Shown here: positions 11,024-20,247 of the stretch, piece by piece | How positions within the stretch are numbered: position 1 is the stretch's first letter | Layout: each line of letters opens with the position of its first letter | Virus record (IMG/VR): IMGVR_UViG_3300033442_000004 | Coordinates: 1 to 64,000 of that record | DNA length: 64,000 nucleotides | Origin: a virus | Direction: 5' to 3' (one strand) | Position numbers and translations under genes: made by a program | Notes under the pieces: generated by a model | The model's input: only the letters and a program-made list of their open reading frames with translations | Told to the model about the DNA's origin: nothing | Database searches by the model: none

Positions 11024-11259
11024 AACGATCTCCGGGTGATCGGGTCGATTCCGTCGTCACGAAGTTGGGCGAACACCTGGTCCCGCAGCCGATCGGCAAG
11101 CGTCTGCGACGAGTCCAGGAGGGCTGAGATCGACAGCTCCACCTGCTCGGGGGAGCCGACGATGAACGACGCCTCCAGCCGGCAGAGACATGCCTCGTGG
11201 ACACGTCTCGCCGCCTGAAACCTGAGGAAGGCGTCGGTGACCTCCGGGCTACGCGGCAT
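11020..11259 (-). CDS. Hypothetical phage protein
   Basis: MPRSPEVTDAF... 79-aa ORF overlapping neighbours. Confidence 0.55.
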   Translation of the reverse strand: MPRSPEVTDAFLRFQAARRVHEACLCRLEASFIVGSPEQVELSISALLDSSQTLADRLRDQVFAQLRDDGIDPITRRSF

Positions 11260-12196
11260 TGGTGGGCGCGTGGACGACTGGCAGGCCACGTCCGATGCTC
11301 GGGCGAGCGAGATCGGGGTGGTCCTGCATCCATTTCTGAACGAACCAGAGCTGACCGCAGCCGCCGCCGATCGTGTCCTGACCGGCCGGATCGAACACGC
11401 GGACGTCGTAGCCGCGCTCGACCAGCTTGAGGCTGAAGTCAGACGCCAGCTCGCGCTGGTGATCATTGGTCGCCGGCATGCCTTCGGAGCGCTCGCATAC
11501 GACGCTGACGGTCGCGTTCCAGACGTGCGGGTCGAACAGAGCGCGCAGGCGGTCCGCGTCCTCGATCGAGGAGTTGCCGTCGTGGGCGCAGTAGTTGAAG
11601 AACGGGTTGCGACCAGTGACCTCGTGCCAGACGGCGCCCTCGGCGGCGATCTGAGCCAGGGTCAGCTTCTTCTTGAACGGGACCAGGAAGTCCCGTGCAG
11701 CGTCGGTCGACTCGTGGACCGAGAACTGCAGGCCGATGGTCGGGATCTCCATCGAGATCTCGCGGACCACCTCGTAGTTGATGATCGGCGCCGAGGTCGA
11801 GATCAGGAGCGCTGCGTTGGGATACATCCGGTACAGCTGGCGCAGCGCCGGCACCAGACCCTTCAGGTTCAGCAGCGGTTCGCCCATCGACATGAACATG
11901 ATCTGCAGGCGCTTCATCTCGGACGCCTGGATGCCGGTCTGCTCGATCGAGTGCTCGACCTGGGCGATGATCTCGTCGGTCGACAGAGACCGCACGAAGT
12001 TGTCGCCGGCACCGCAGAAGCGGCAGCCTACCGGGCAGCCCGACTGAGTGGAGCAGCAGATCACGGAGCGGGTGGCATAGTCCGGGTACTTGTAGAGAAC
12101 GGCCTCCGCGACAGCAGTGCCGTTGTCGAACACGAACTTGGCGACGTTCTGCGCGGCGTCGTCGATCCGCTTTACGTTGGTCCAGGCAGGTCTCAC
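11249..12196 (-). CDS. RlmN/Cfr-family radical SAM RNA methyltransferase-like protein
   Basis: ICCSTQSGCPVGCRFC (CxxxCxxC), MSMGEPLLN, LQFSVH, GGGCGQL; GTG start overlaps the upstream stop. Confidence 0.85.
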   Translation of the reverse strand: MRPAWTNVKRIDDAAQNVAKFVFDNGTAVAEAVLYKYPDYATRSVICCSTQSGCPVGCRFCGAGDNFVRSLSTDEIIAQVEHSIEQTGIQASEMKRLQIMFMSMGEPLLNLKGLVPALRQLYRMYPNAALLISTSAPIINYEVVREISMEIPTIGLQFSVHESTDAARDFLVPFKKKLTLAQIAAEGAVWHEVTGRNPFFNYCAHDGNSSIEDADRLRALFDPHVWNATVSVVCERSEGMPATNDHQRELASDFSLKLVERGYDVRVFDPAGQDTIGGGCGQLWFVQKWMQDHPDLARPSIGRGLPVVHAPTNAA

Positions 12197-12780
12197 GCGA
12201 GAAGTTCCTTGAAGCTGATGCCGTCCGAGGGGACGATGCAAAGGTCTTTCTTCAGGCCGGTCAGGATGAAGCCAACCGTCCGGGTTCTGACGTCGTAGGC
12301 AACCTGCCGACCCCGAGACTTCCGGGTCGGGCAGTAATGGTGAGCGACCAACTCGTCGTCGCCGCCGCGTGCGAGTGCGATGGCTGCCTTGGTGAGGCGG
12401 TCGGGAAGGCGGGCGGCGTTGCACCAGCGCATCCAGGTGAGGATGCCGAGGGCGCGATCGACGTCGTCTCGCTGAGGAGCGGTCTTCGTCTTGCCGTCGA
12501 AGGGCTTCATGGAGCTGAGGAGTCGAATGCGTTCGATCTCGAACAGCTCGGCGCGGGACATGCCGATCATGTTCCAGCCGCCGGAGCGCTGGCCCGATGT
12601 CAGCCAGCGACGTTCCTGGTCAGGCGCCTTGTCGATGACCTCAACGGCCTCGACGAGCAGCTGCCAGACGACATCGCTGTGCCGCGCTTTCTCGCCCTTC
12701 AGGGCCCACGCCAGCTCGCCACCATGGACGAGCCAGCTGAGCGCCTGGATGCGAGCCTCAAGCGGGGACGAGTTGGTCAT
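12193..12780 (-). CDS. Hypothetical phage protein
   Basis: MTNSSPLEAR... 195-aa ORF. Confidence 0.6.
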   Translation of the reverse strand: MTNSSPLEARIQALSWLVHGGELAWALKGEKARHSDVVWQLLVEAVEVIDKAPDQERRWLTSGQRSGGWNMIGMSRAELFEIERIRLLSSMKPFDGKTKTAPQRDDVDRALGILTWMRWCNAARLPDRLTKAAIALARGGDDELVAHHYCPTRKSRGRQVAYDVRTRTVGFILTGLKKDLCIVPSDGISFKELLA

Positions 12781-13111
12781 TCGCCACCGCGGCGTTGCCG
12801 TACATCTGCCGGCGTCGCGTTGCCCGGTACTCGTAGCAGCCGTAGTGGACACGCTTCTGCGAGAGCAGGATCTGCCCTTCGCCGGCATCCTTGTGGATGC
12901 GGTCAGCGATGATGTTGAGCTGCGCGATGTTCATGCGCTCGACGGTGCGCAGGACATCGGACTCCGGGATCTCGACCTGGCGGTCGATCTGGAGGTGACC
13001 GGTCCAGTAGACGAGGACGTCGCCGGCAGCCGCCTGCTTCAGCCAGTCGTAGTAGTCGGACAGGGCGCCCGGTGAGATGTCGAGAACTGTGGTTTCGGTG
13101 TCGGACATCAC
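12758..13111 (-). CDS. Hypothetical phage protein
   Basis: 117-aa ORF ending ANDQLVPA. Confidence 0.65.
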   Translation of the reverse strand: MMSDTETTVLDISPGALSDYYDWLKQAAAGDVLVYWTGHLQIDRQVEIPESDVLRTVERMNIAQLNIIADRIHKDAGEGQILLSQKRVHYGCYEYRATRRRQMYGNAAVANDQLVPA

Positions 13112-13500
13112 GCCCCCACCTTGTTCTGGACGAGGGCCGTGTACATGCCGACGATGTAGACCATGTTGTCGATGACGCCGCCGAGGTGATCGACCGCCTG
13201 ACGGTTCTCCTCGCGCTCGATCGCAGCCAGCTCGTCTTCGCTGATCACGTCGTCGTCGAAGTCATCGTCATCGTCGAAGTTGTCGTCGAACGGGTTGTAC
13301 GGCGGCTCGGCCGCGCCGGAGCCATCGTCGAAGTCGTCATCGTTCATCGCCTGGATGATCACGATGGCGTCGGGTTCGTCCTCGAGTCCGAGGCACGGGC
13401 CGCCGGCCGGGCAGTTGCAGTCAGCGATCTGGATGCCGCCGCGGGCAGCCAGCTCGTCGGCGAGAAAGGGGAGCACGGTGGTGAAGAACGGATCTCTCAT
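13108..13500 (-). CDS. Acidic hypothetical protein
   Basis: Asp-rich tract FDDNFDDDDDFDDD; Cys cluster CNC....C. Confidence 0.6.
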   Translation of the reverse strand: MRDPFFTTVLPFLADELAARGGIQIADCNCPAGGPCLGLEDEPDAIVIIQAMNDDDFDDGSGAAEPPYNPFDDNFDDDDDFDDDVISEDELAAIEREENRQAVDHLGGVIDNMVYIVGMYTALVQNKVGA

Positions 13501-13538
13501 GGAACCTCGGTTTGCATTCAAGCAAATGGTGTGACGTG

Positions 13539-13581
13539 AAAAGGGGCGCCCTGGCACGCACGAACCAAACAGGGCGCCCCT
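13539..13581 (-). terminator. Rho-independent terminator downstream of ssb
   Basis: AGGGGCGCCCTG...CAGGGCGCCCCT stem followed by TTTT on the minus strand. Confidence 0.65.
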
Positions 13582-13614
13582 CGATTTTCCCCGCTCAACG
13601 GGGAAGCTCAGGTC

Positions 13615-14226
13615 TTAGAACGGGATGTCATCATCCATGTTGTCGTTGCCGCGCGCCGGAGCGGAGGAGCGGCTGCCGTTGCCACCTCGGGTGCCGCCAC
13701 GGTCGTCGTTGCGGCCACCGCGATCATCGTCACGGTTGCGGCTCGACGAACCGCGGTCGTCACGACCACGATCATCGCGTCCGCGATCGTCACGGCTCGA
13801 CGAGCGTCCACCGCGATCGTCACGGTCATTGCCACGGTCGTCGTTGTCGCGGCTGCCACCGCCGCCGTTGCCGTCGCGCTCCCAGATCTTCTGGAAGGCC
13901 TCGGACTGCGCGAACTGTGGGACCACGATCTCGGTCGAGTAGCGGTCAGCGCCGCTCTGGTCCTGCCACTTGCGGGTCTGCAGCTTGCCTTCCAGGTAGA
14001 CCTGGTCGCCCTTGGCCAGGTTCTTGTCGATGAACTTGATGGTGTGCTCGTTGAAGACGACGACGTTGTGCCACTCCGTCTTCTCCTTCATCTCGCCGTC
14101 GCGCTTGTCCTTCCAGCGCTCCGACGTCGCGACGCTGAGGTTCGCGACCTCGTTGCCGTTCTGCATGCGGCGGATCTCGGGGTCCTTCCCGAGACGGCCC
14201 AGCAGGGTCACTTTGTTAACTGACAT
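13615..14226 (-). CDS. ssb: Single-stranded DNA-binding protein
   Basis: [34 protein letters not shown]-terminal DDDIPF. Confidence 0.97.
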   Translation of the reverse strand: MSVNKVTLLGRLGKDPEIRRMQNGNEVANLSVATSERWKDKRDGEMKEKTEWHNVVVFNEHTIKFIDKNLAKGDQVYLEGKLQTRKWQDQSGADRYSTEIVVPQFAQSEAFQKIWERDGNGGGGSRDNDDRGNDRDDRGGRSSSRDDRGRDDRGRDDRGSSSRNRDDDRGGRNDDRGGTRGGNGSRSSAPARGNDNMDDDIPF

Positions 14227-14287
14227 GTCGTCGTCTCCTTTTCTGCGTTTGCATTACCATTCCGTTTGCATTCATGCAAGCGGGAAA

Positions 14288-15853
14288 TCAAAAATCTAAC
14301 TTCGTGAAGAGGCCGGTCTTCTCGTTGAAGCCGACGTCGACCGAGCCCGTGTTGCCGGCGATGCGCTTGAGACGCACCTTCGGGATGAAGATGGTTCGTT
14401 CGTTCGGAGCCTCGTCCGGCCGCATAGCGTGGACCACGATGCCGAGGTCCGGCTTGTTCGCCCAGTGTGCGGAGTCCGAGATGTTGTAGAGCCCAGGGAC
14501 CATCTTTCCCTCCAGCTTGGTCGGGTGCGCTACAACGCAGGTCGCGCAACCGAACCGATTGCCGAACCGCTTCATTTTCTTGATCGCCTTGCCGACGTAC
14601 TCGGTCAGCGACAGCGAGTTGGGCCGATTGTGCTCCAGTTCGTTCCAAGGGTCGATCATCAGCATCTTCACGCCGTAGCGGAAGACGGCTGCTGCTGCCT
14701 TGTCGAGCACGAAGTCCAGATCGACCTCGGTGTCGTCGTTCTCGTCGTAGTCGATGAAGTAGAAGTAGCGCTCGACGAATGCCTCGGCTCTCTTCCGGTC
14801 CTCATGCGACCACGCAGCACGTTCCTTTTCGAGGAACGCGGTCATCAGTTCGTTGGCCAGGAACGGCTTCACCGACTTTTCGCCGGAGAACATCGCGATC
14901 GGCCACTTGTGTCTCATGGCCAGCCGCACCGCGACCTGGTTCATGAAGGTCGACTTGCCGACGTTGGGGATACCGGTGCAGACGATGAACTGTCCCTGGT
15001 AGAACTTCATCTTCTCGTCCAGCTCTTTCGAGATGCCGGCCTCGACCATCTCGGGGATCGCGATCTCCGGATAGTCGGACAGCTTGAAGAGACCCTTGAC
15101 GGGCCACTCCTTGGCGTTCTCGATCAGCTCGCGCACCTTCTCCGCGCCGAGGTACTTCTTGACCTCGTTCAGATCCTTGCACGCTCGCAGCTCTCCGGTC
15201 TTCTTGTCGGGCACCACCTCGTCTTCGGGATACTGGATCCAGAAGCACTTCGCCGGACCGATGCGTCTGACCAGCTCCTTCGCCAGCCGGCGGCCGGGCT
15301 CGTCGGCATCCGTCGCGATGATGTGGTACTTCACCGCCATGATCCGCTGCATGTGGCGCACCATGAACGAGAACTTGTCGTCGTCCTCGGGGTCGACATC
15401 CTTGGCGTCGTCCGGAACGTCGATCAGGTTGCCGTTCTTGTCGCGGGCAGGGGGCGCCCCATCGGGGACGGAGATGATCGTCTCGTAGCCGGACTCCTTG
15501 CCGGCCTGGACGTCGAACTCACCCTCGACCCAGATCAGCGAGTCCGTGCCGACCTCCAGTCTCGCCATCGTCTCCTCGTTGAGGAGGACGTCGGCGTTGT
15601 AGAGCGTCTTGACGGCGCCCTTCTTCTGCATGAACCGGCGCTCGCCATCCTGCGCCCACCGGTATTTGCAGTTCACTTCGATCCCGTGCTCCAGGTACGG
15701 GAAGCAGAGGACGTTTCCGCGCTCATCCGGCAGAACGACGAGGTTGTCCTGCGAATCTCGCGAGAGACGCCCGCTGTAGGTCCCCATATCCACCGCCATT
15801 TCGCTGGTGAGGCCTCTGTCCTCGATCCCTCTGGCGTGCTTCTCGCTTAGCAT
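14288..15853 (-). CDS. Toprim primase plus SF4 helicase (T7 gp4/Twinkle-like), lacking the zinc finger
   Basis: WVEGEFD, ISVPDGA, ATDADEPG, KDLNE (Toprim); TGIPNVGKST (Walker A), IDPWNE, VAHPTK, ISDSAHW. Confidence 0.9.
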   Translation of the reverse strand: MLSEKHARGIEDRGLTSEMAVDMGTYSGRLSRDSQDNLVVLPDERGNVLCFPYLEHGIEVNCKYRWAQDGERRFMQKKGAVKTLYNADVLLNEETMARLEVGTDSLIWVEGEFDVQAGKESGYETIISVPDGAPPARDKNGNLIDVPDDAKDVDPEDDDKFSFMVRHMQRIMAVKYHIIATDADEPGRRLAKELVRRIGPAKCFWIQYPEDEVVPDKKTGELRACKDLNEVKKYLGAEKVRELIENAKEWPVKGLFKLSDYPEIAIPEMVEAGISKELDEKMKFYQGQFIVCTGIPNVGKSTFMNQVAVRLAMRHKWPIAMFSGEKSVKPFLANELMTAFLEKERAAWSHEDRKRAEAFVERYFYFIDYDENDDTEVDLDFVLDKAAAAVFRYGVKMLMIDPWNELEHNRPNSLSLTEYVGKAIKKMKRFGNRFGCATCVVAHPTKLEGKMVPGLYNISDSAHWANKPDLGIVVHAMRPDEAPNERTIFIPKVRLKRIAGNTGSVDVGFNEKTGLFTKLDF

Positions 15854-16058
15854 TCTCGTAGCTGCTCCATGTGCAGTGATGACAGTTCCAAACCACGCCT
15901 GAGGCGTCGATCTTGACGCTCAGGCATTTGAGTTTCTTGTGAGCCCCCTTCCGCTTGTGGGAGCAGTTCGGGCAGATGGCGTACTGGGTGCCCATCTTCA
16001 GGGATCGGACCTTGATGCCGTTCTCCTGCAGCGCCTTCTCGACATCGACCCCGGCCAT
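15723..16058 (-). CDS. Primase zinc-binding domain encoded as a separate ORF
   Basis: CPNCSHKRK...KCLSV...WNCHHCTW matches the N-terminal zinc ribbon of Twinkle-like primases. Confidence 0.75.
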   Translation of the reverse strand: MAGVDVEKALQENGIKVRSLKMGTQYAICPNCSHKRKGAHKKLKCLSVKIDASGVVWNCHHCTWSSYENAKREARQRDRGQRPHQRNGGGYGDLQRASLARFAGQPRRSAG

Positions 16059-16894
16059 CAGATCGCCATCCCCGGGCGACCTCGCGGACGAGCTGGCGCG
16101 CTCTCGGTTTCCCAGCGCGCCTTGTTGAGCCAGACGCTGGCCGCCGCGATGAAGCGCTCGTTGTTCGGGTCGTCCTTGACCTGAGCGTTCATGCGTTCGG
16201 CGTAGTGACGGAGGCCGGCCATCAGGTCGATGAACTCGACCTCGTCATCGTTGTGGATCTTGTCGAGCTTGACCCAGGCGTCCTTCCGGCTGTCGCCGCG
16301 CTTCTTCGGGTAGAGCTTCCAGAATTGCTCCCGATAGTCCTCGGGCCAGGGCGCAGTCTTGCGCGCCTTCTTCCGGTTAGCTTTGGGTTCTCCTGATGGG
16401 TTCAGTGTGGGTTCATCTGATAGGTTAGGCGGCACGTCATGCCGGTGGTCACCGGCACCAGATTCCTCACCCAGCGGCACGTCGTTCCGGTCCCCACCGG
16501 AATCTGATGCCTCTGCCTGCGGCATTTCCTGCCGCGGCACGTCGTTCCGGTCCTTGTCGTTGTCGTTTGCTGCAGTTTTCCTGGCGCTACCACCGGAACG
16601 AGATGCCGGTGGTTCTTCCGACGAGCCAGCAGCGGGCTCAGTCATGTTCAGGTAGATCATGTCCGTGGTATCGCGGCGCTTGACGCGGCGGATCAGGTTC
16701 ATGTCTTCGAGGTCGGTCATAGCGTTGCGGACAGCGCGCACGCACGCCTCAACCTCGTCGGCGATCCGCTGCTGCGATGGCCAGCACGCACCATCGGCAT
16801 CGTTCGCTCTGTTGGCGATCGACATCAGCACTGCCTTGCGGAGCGTGCTGCCAGTCTTGATCTTTCTCGCCCAGGATTGCGCGTCGAAGCTCAT
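16058..16894 (-). CDS. Phage replication initiator (N-terminal HTH, lambda O-like organisation)
   Basis: KAVLMSIANRAN..GACWPSQQRIADE HTH; C-terminal FWKLYPKK...ASVWLNKARWE; internal iterons. Confidence 0.85.
   Translation of the reverse strand: MSFDAQSWARKIKTGSTLRKAVLMSIANRANDADGACWPSQQRIADEVEACVRAVRNAMTDLEDMNLIRRVKRRDTTDMIYLNMTEPAAGSSEEPPASRSGGSARKTAANDNDKDRNDVPRQEMPQAEASDSGGDRNDVPLGEESGAGDHRHDVPPNLSDEPTLNPSGEPKANRKKARKTAPWPEDYREQFWKLYPKKRGDSRKDAWVKLDKIHNDDEVEFIDLMAGLRHYAERMNAQVKDDPNNERFIAAASVWLNKARWETESAPARPRGRPGMAI
16405..16608. repeat. Iteron array / putative replication origin inside the initiator gene
   Basis: CGG(C/A)A-N5-T(G/T)CC(G/T) units at 16430, 16453, 16475, 16498, 16520, 16535 and 16594 (22-23 bp period, one abutting pair). 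Confidence 0.8.
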
Positions 16895-17007
16895 TCGTTA
16901 GTTCCCTTGGATTTGACCCGCTTAGCGGGATCGTGTATTTGCACGAATGCAAATAAAAATGCAAGCCACGACATTTCGTGCCTGCTCAACTCGAGTCACA
17001 CACCAGA

Positions 17008-17619
17008 ATGGGTTCCATCCTCGTCGCCGGCCTTGATCCGGCCTTCGCCAATTTCGGCATCGCCAGAATGAGCCTCGACCTCGACAGCCTGGAACTATCG
17101 CTGGAGGCCGTCAGGACGCTCACCACGCGGGCGATCGACAAGGCCGCTCGGAAGGTGGTCCGGAAGAACAGCGACGATCTGCGTCGCGCCAAGGAGCTGC
17201 ACGATGGCTTCCACGAAGCCATCGCCGGCTGCAAAGTAGCGTTCGGCGAGATCCCGACAGGAACTCAGGGGCAGCGCGCCGCCTTAGGCTTCGGCGTTGC
17301 TCTCGGCGTACTGGCGTCGTGCCCGATCCCGATCATCCAGGTGATGCCGGTCGAGACCAAGATGGCCAGCGTTGGCGACCCCAAGGCCGAGAAGCCGGCG
17401 ATCATCGCCTGGGCCGCGGAGCGCTATCCCCAGGTCGACTGGAAGCGATATCACGAAAACGTGATGTTCCGCGGGAAGCAAACCCGGAGCGCCGGAGATT
17501 TGCACGAAGACAATGAACATGCGGCAGATGCGACCGCAGCGTGCCACGCGGGAATCAAAACGGAACAATTCAAGCAACTGATGGCGCTGTGGAAAGCGGT
17601 AGGATTTGCCGGTCACTAA
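17008..17619 (+). CDS. RuvC-like Holliday junction resolvase
   Basis: VAGLDPAFANFG, FGEIP, PVETKMA, NEHAADATAA. Confidence 0.8.
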   Translation: MGSILVAGLDPAFANFGIARMSLDLDSLELSLEAVRTLTTRAIDKAARKVVRKNSDDLRRAKELHDGFHEAIAGCKVAFGEIPTGTQGQRAALGFGVALGVLASCPIPIIQVMPVETKMASVGDPKAEKPAIIAWAAERYPQVDWKRYHENVMFRGKQTRSAGDLHEDNEHAADATAACHAGIKTEQFKQLMALWKAVGFAGH

Positions 17620-17833
17620 GAAAGCGTTTACCTCTCAAACATTTGACAGGCTGTTCCCGGCCGCAGTCCAGATCGGGAACAAAAAATCGTTTGCAATCGT
17701 GCGAAACCGGCATTAGAGGTTCGCATTAGCATCCGTGCAAACGGAAGGGACCATTAGTGTTTTGCATTCGGAATCATTCTAGATCTGTGGATTCGCGCTG
17801 ACGAGTCAGCGCTGACTGTCATTCGTTAACGGT

Positions 17834-18589
17834 TTGCACTGCGAAAACATGATACTGGAGGACCGCAAAGTGTCTGAAGCGGTATTAGAAATGAAAACCC
17901 CGAAGAAGATCGTGATCGAGTGGATCGATCACATCCTCGACCGGAAGAAATGGGACGGAACACGTCTCGCGCGTGAAGCAAAGCTCGCGCCTTCCACGAT
18001 ATTGCGCCTACTCAACGATCCTGAACATCCCTTTATCCCGACGCTGAAGACCCTGCAGAAGATCGCCGAGGCCTCTGGCTATCCGATCCCCCGCAAGGTG
18101 ACAGAAGCTCTCGGCGCTCCGAAGATGGAAGCGGCGGAGAACGGCGAGGAGGAGGCCAGTAGCGGGAACGGCGAGTCTCGTCGGTCGCGTCTACGGACGT
18201 TCCAGGTCGAGCTTCGTCACGTGTCGTCGCTGCCTGCGTCGCTGCAGGCCGCTGCGACATCGTCCCGGCGAGAGGGAACGTATGTTCCGGCGCCCGCACA
18301 GCTTGCTGACGACGAGACTGCGTTCGCATTCTACATGCCGGACGATAGTTTCGAGCCGTGGGTGAAGTCTGGAACTCTGATGTACGCTACCAAGCGCAGG
18401 GATCCGGTGCGGAACGATGTTCTGGTCGTGACCGACAAGAACGAGCGCACCAAGGTGCGTCTGCTCCTCGGCATCGACGAGGACGGTCTTCGCATGCTGA
18501 AGCAGATCGGCAGCGAAGAGGAGGAGCGGGTGCAGTTCGACGATATCAAGGATATCGCCATCCTCCTCGGCTTGATCAAGACGATCTAA
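17834..18589 (+). CDS. CI/LexA-like repressor (HTH plus degenerate S24 domain)
   Basis: TRLAREAKLAPSTILRLL HTH; AFAFYMPDDSFEP..KSG S24-like segment; start may be downstream. Confidence 0.75.
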   Translation: MHCENMILEDRKVSEAVLEMKTPKKIVIEWIDHILDRKKWDGTRLAREAKLAPSTILRLLNDPEHPFIPTLKTLQKIAEASGYPIPRKVTEALGAPKMEAAENGEEEASSGNGESRRSRLRTFQVELRHVSSLPASLQAAATSSRREGTYVPAPAQLADDETAFAFYMPDDSFEPWVKSGTLMYATKRRDPVRNDVLVVTDKNERTKVRLLLGIDEDGLRMLKQIGSEEEERVQFDDIKDIAILLGLIKTI

Positions 18590-18600
18590 GGGCAGGGGCC

Positions 18601-19002
18601 TCAGCCCCCGCCCTCGACATCGAATGTCTTCTCGATAGCTGCGACCAGAGCATCAATGCGTGGCACCGATGCCGTCAGGTCGTAGATGTCAAGGCCGTTC
18701 CGAAGTTCCGTCAGTCGCTTGAGCCAGGCCTCGTCGTTTGCGACCTTCTGGACGTTGACGATGCTCTCCCACTTTTCCTGGTTGATGGAGAGCGTCACCT
18801 TCTCGATCTCGAAGTCCAGGAAGTCGATGAACTCCTTGATCGGGATCGCGACCTTGTCCATTGCCGGCTCGATGATCAGCATCTGCTGACATATCTCCTC
18901 CAGCATTCCGTGGAGGCGGCTCTGGAATCGAGCGTTGATCGGCTGCGGTCGCACAGCCGGCTCGACAGTCCTAGTTTGCTTTTTGCCCATTTGCTGGAGC
19001 AC
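18601..19002 (-). CDS. Hypothetical protein
   Basis: 133-aa ORF convergent on the repressor, with a GC hairpin at about 18590-18613 between them. Confidence 0.6.
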   Translation of the reverse strand: MLQQMGKKQTRTVEPAVRPQPINARFQSRLHGMLEEICQQMLIIEPAMDKVAIPIKEFIDFLDFEIEKVTLSINQEKWESIVNVQKVANDEAWLKRLTELRNGLDIYDLTASVPRIDALVAAIEKTFDVEGGG

Positions 19003-19273
19003 CTTTCTTCAAGGCTTTCATGCGAACGTTTGTCTCGATCGCCTTGAGATCCTCTTTGGTCGCTCGCCATGGCTTCAGGCCGCGATCGAGTGCAGCCAGA
19101 GCCAGGGCGATCGCCTTGGTGGCGCCGCGCAATTCGTATTTGCTGATTGCCTGAGGGGTCAGACCGAGCCACTCGCCCAGCTTCGCGTGGGTCAAGTTCC
19201 GAGATAGTCTCCAGGCGCGGATCTCCGTGCCAGAGAGGAATTTTTCGGATGCAGCTCGGCTTCCTGTTGGCAT
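18971..19273 (-). CDS. Xre/Cro-family HTH regulator
   Basis: IRAWRLSRNLTHAKLGEWLGLTPQAISKYE. Confidence 0.8.
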   Translation of the reverse strand: MPTGSRAASEKFLSGTEIRAWRLSRNLTHAKLGEWLGLTPQAISKYELRGATKAIALALAALDRGLKPWRATKEDLKAIETNVRMKALKKGAPANGQKAN

Positions 19274-19408
19274 GGTTTTGCTTCCCAATGCACACAAAAA
19301 CGAACTGCATTTGCGCAGTCGTGACCCGGTGCTCGTTGCACCTTTTTCCCAGGAAGTGCAAATATTAATGCGGCGTCAATTCGGCAAGGCAGCCCTGCCG
19401 ATTCTTAA

Positions 19409-19603
19409 TCACGCCGCATTTGAGATTGGCGCAGCAATGATCCTGGCCGGATGTCCCAGCTTCCATTGCTCTTGAACCACCAGCAGGGCAGACGCTCGCG
19501 CTGTCGGCTCACACACGACCTTCCACTTCGGCGGTTTGTCGGTGCGTATGAACGCCACGACCACCACCAGCGGTTCGGCCTTTTTCTGATTCCGCTGTTT
19601 CAT
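19409..19603 (-). CDS. Hypothetical phage protein
   Basis: RBS GAGGAG; ends ISNAA. Confidence 0.5.
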   Translation of the reverse strand: MKQRNQKKAEPLVVVVAFIRTDKPPKWKVVCEPTARASALLVVQEQWKLGHPARIIAAPISNAA

Positions 19604-19613
19604 GTCTCCTCTT

Positions 19614-19883
19614 CTATATGGCCTCCAGGAATTTCTCAATCGGACCGTCCAGCTCGTCGAAGGCGTTAACGATCGAGCGGTCCCGCTTGTCATCGACCCA
19701 GATCACGATCGTTACGACGACGCCCTGGTCGTTCGAATACCGCTCGATCTGGTCGACGACGCCGTCCGTCCCAGGCGGCATCGTTTGCTCGATGTCATCG
19801 TGGTCTGCTCCCTTCGTCTCGATGAGCGTTTTGATCTTCTGGCCCCGCGTCAGGCCGCGCCACTGCGACAGCAGCTCAGCCAT
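19614..19883 (-). CDS. Hypothetical phage protein
   Basis: MAELLSQW... 89 aa. Confidence 0.55.
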   Translation of the reverse strand: MAELLSQWRGLTRGQKIKTLIETKGADHDDIEQTMPPGTDGVVDQIERYSNDQGVVVTIVIWVDDKRDRSIVNAFDELDGPIEKFLEAI

Positions 19884-20247
19884 AGACGATCTCGCCGAGC
19901 ACGCAGGCCTGCAGGAAGACGTCCGCCGTCTCGGCATCGCCGGTCTCTTCGATGATCTCGGCGACGCGATGGGGATGGTTCTTCATCAGCCACGCCAGGC
20001 CAGCCTTCACCTTGTCCGGTGTGAAGCTGTGCTTAACGCTGTCCTCGTCGGCCAGCACCTCGATCTCGAAGTCACCGTCCCAGACCTTCGGGTCGGAATA
20101 CCACGGGCCCTCGGTCGCCCGCTCTTTGCCCTTCTTCGAGTCGAAGCGTTCGAGCCAGTGGTTGGAGCCGCCTTCCAGAGCTGTGACGATCTGGTCGGCG
20201 AGCTGCTGCGCCGTAAGGGCCGGCGCCTCGATGGTGGTCGCTGTCAT
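19876..20247 (-). CDS. Hypothetical phage protein
   Basis: TALEGGSNHW...DAETADVFLQACVLGEIVYG resembles a common phage early protein. Confidence 0.7.
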   Translation of the reverse strand: MTATTIEAPALTAQQLADQIVTALEGGSNHWLERFDSKKGKERATEGPWYSDPKVWDGDFEIEVLADEDSVKHSFTPDKVKAGLAWLMKNHPHRVAEIIEETGDAETADVFLQACVLGEIVYG

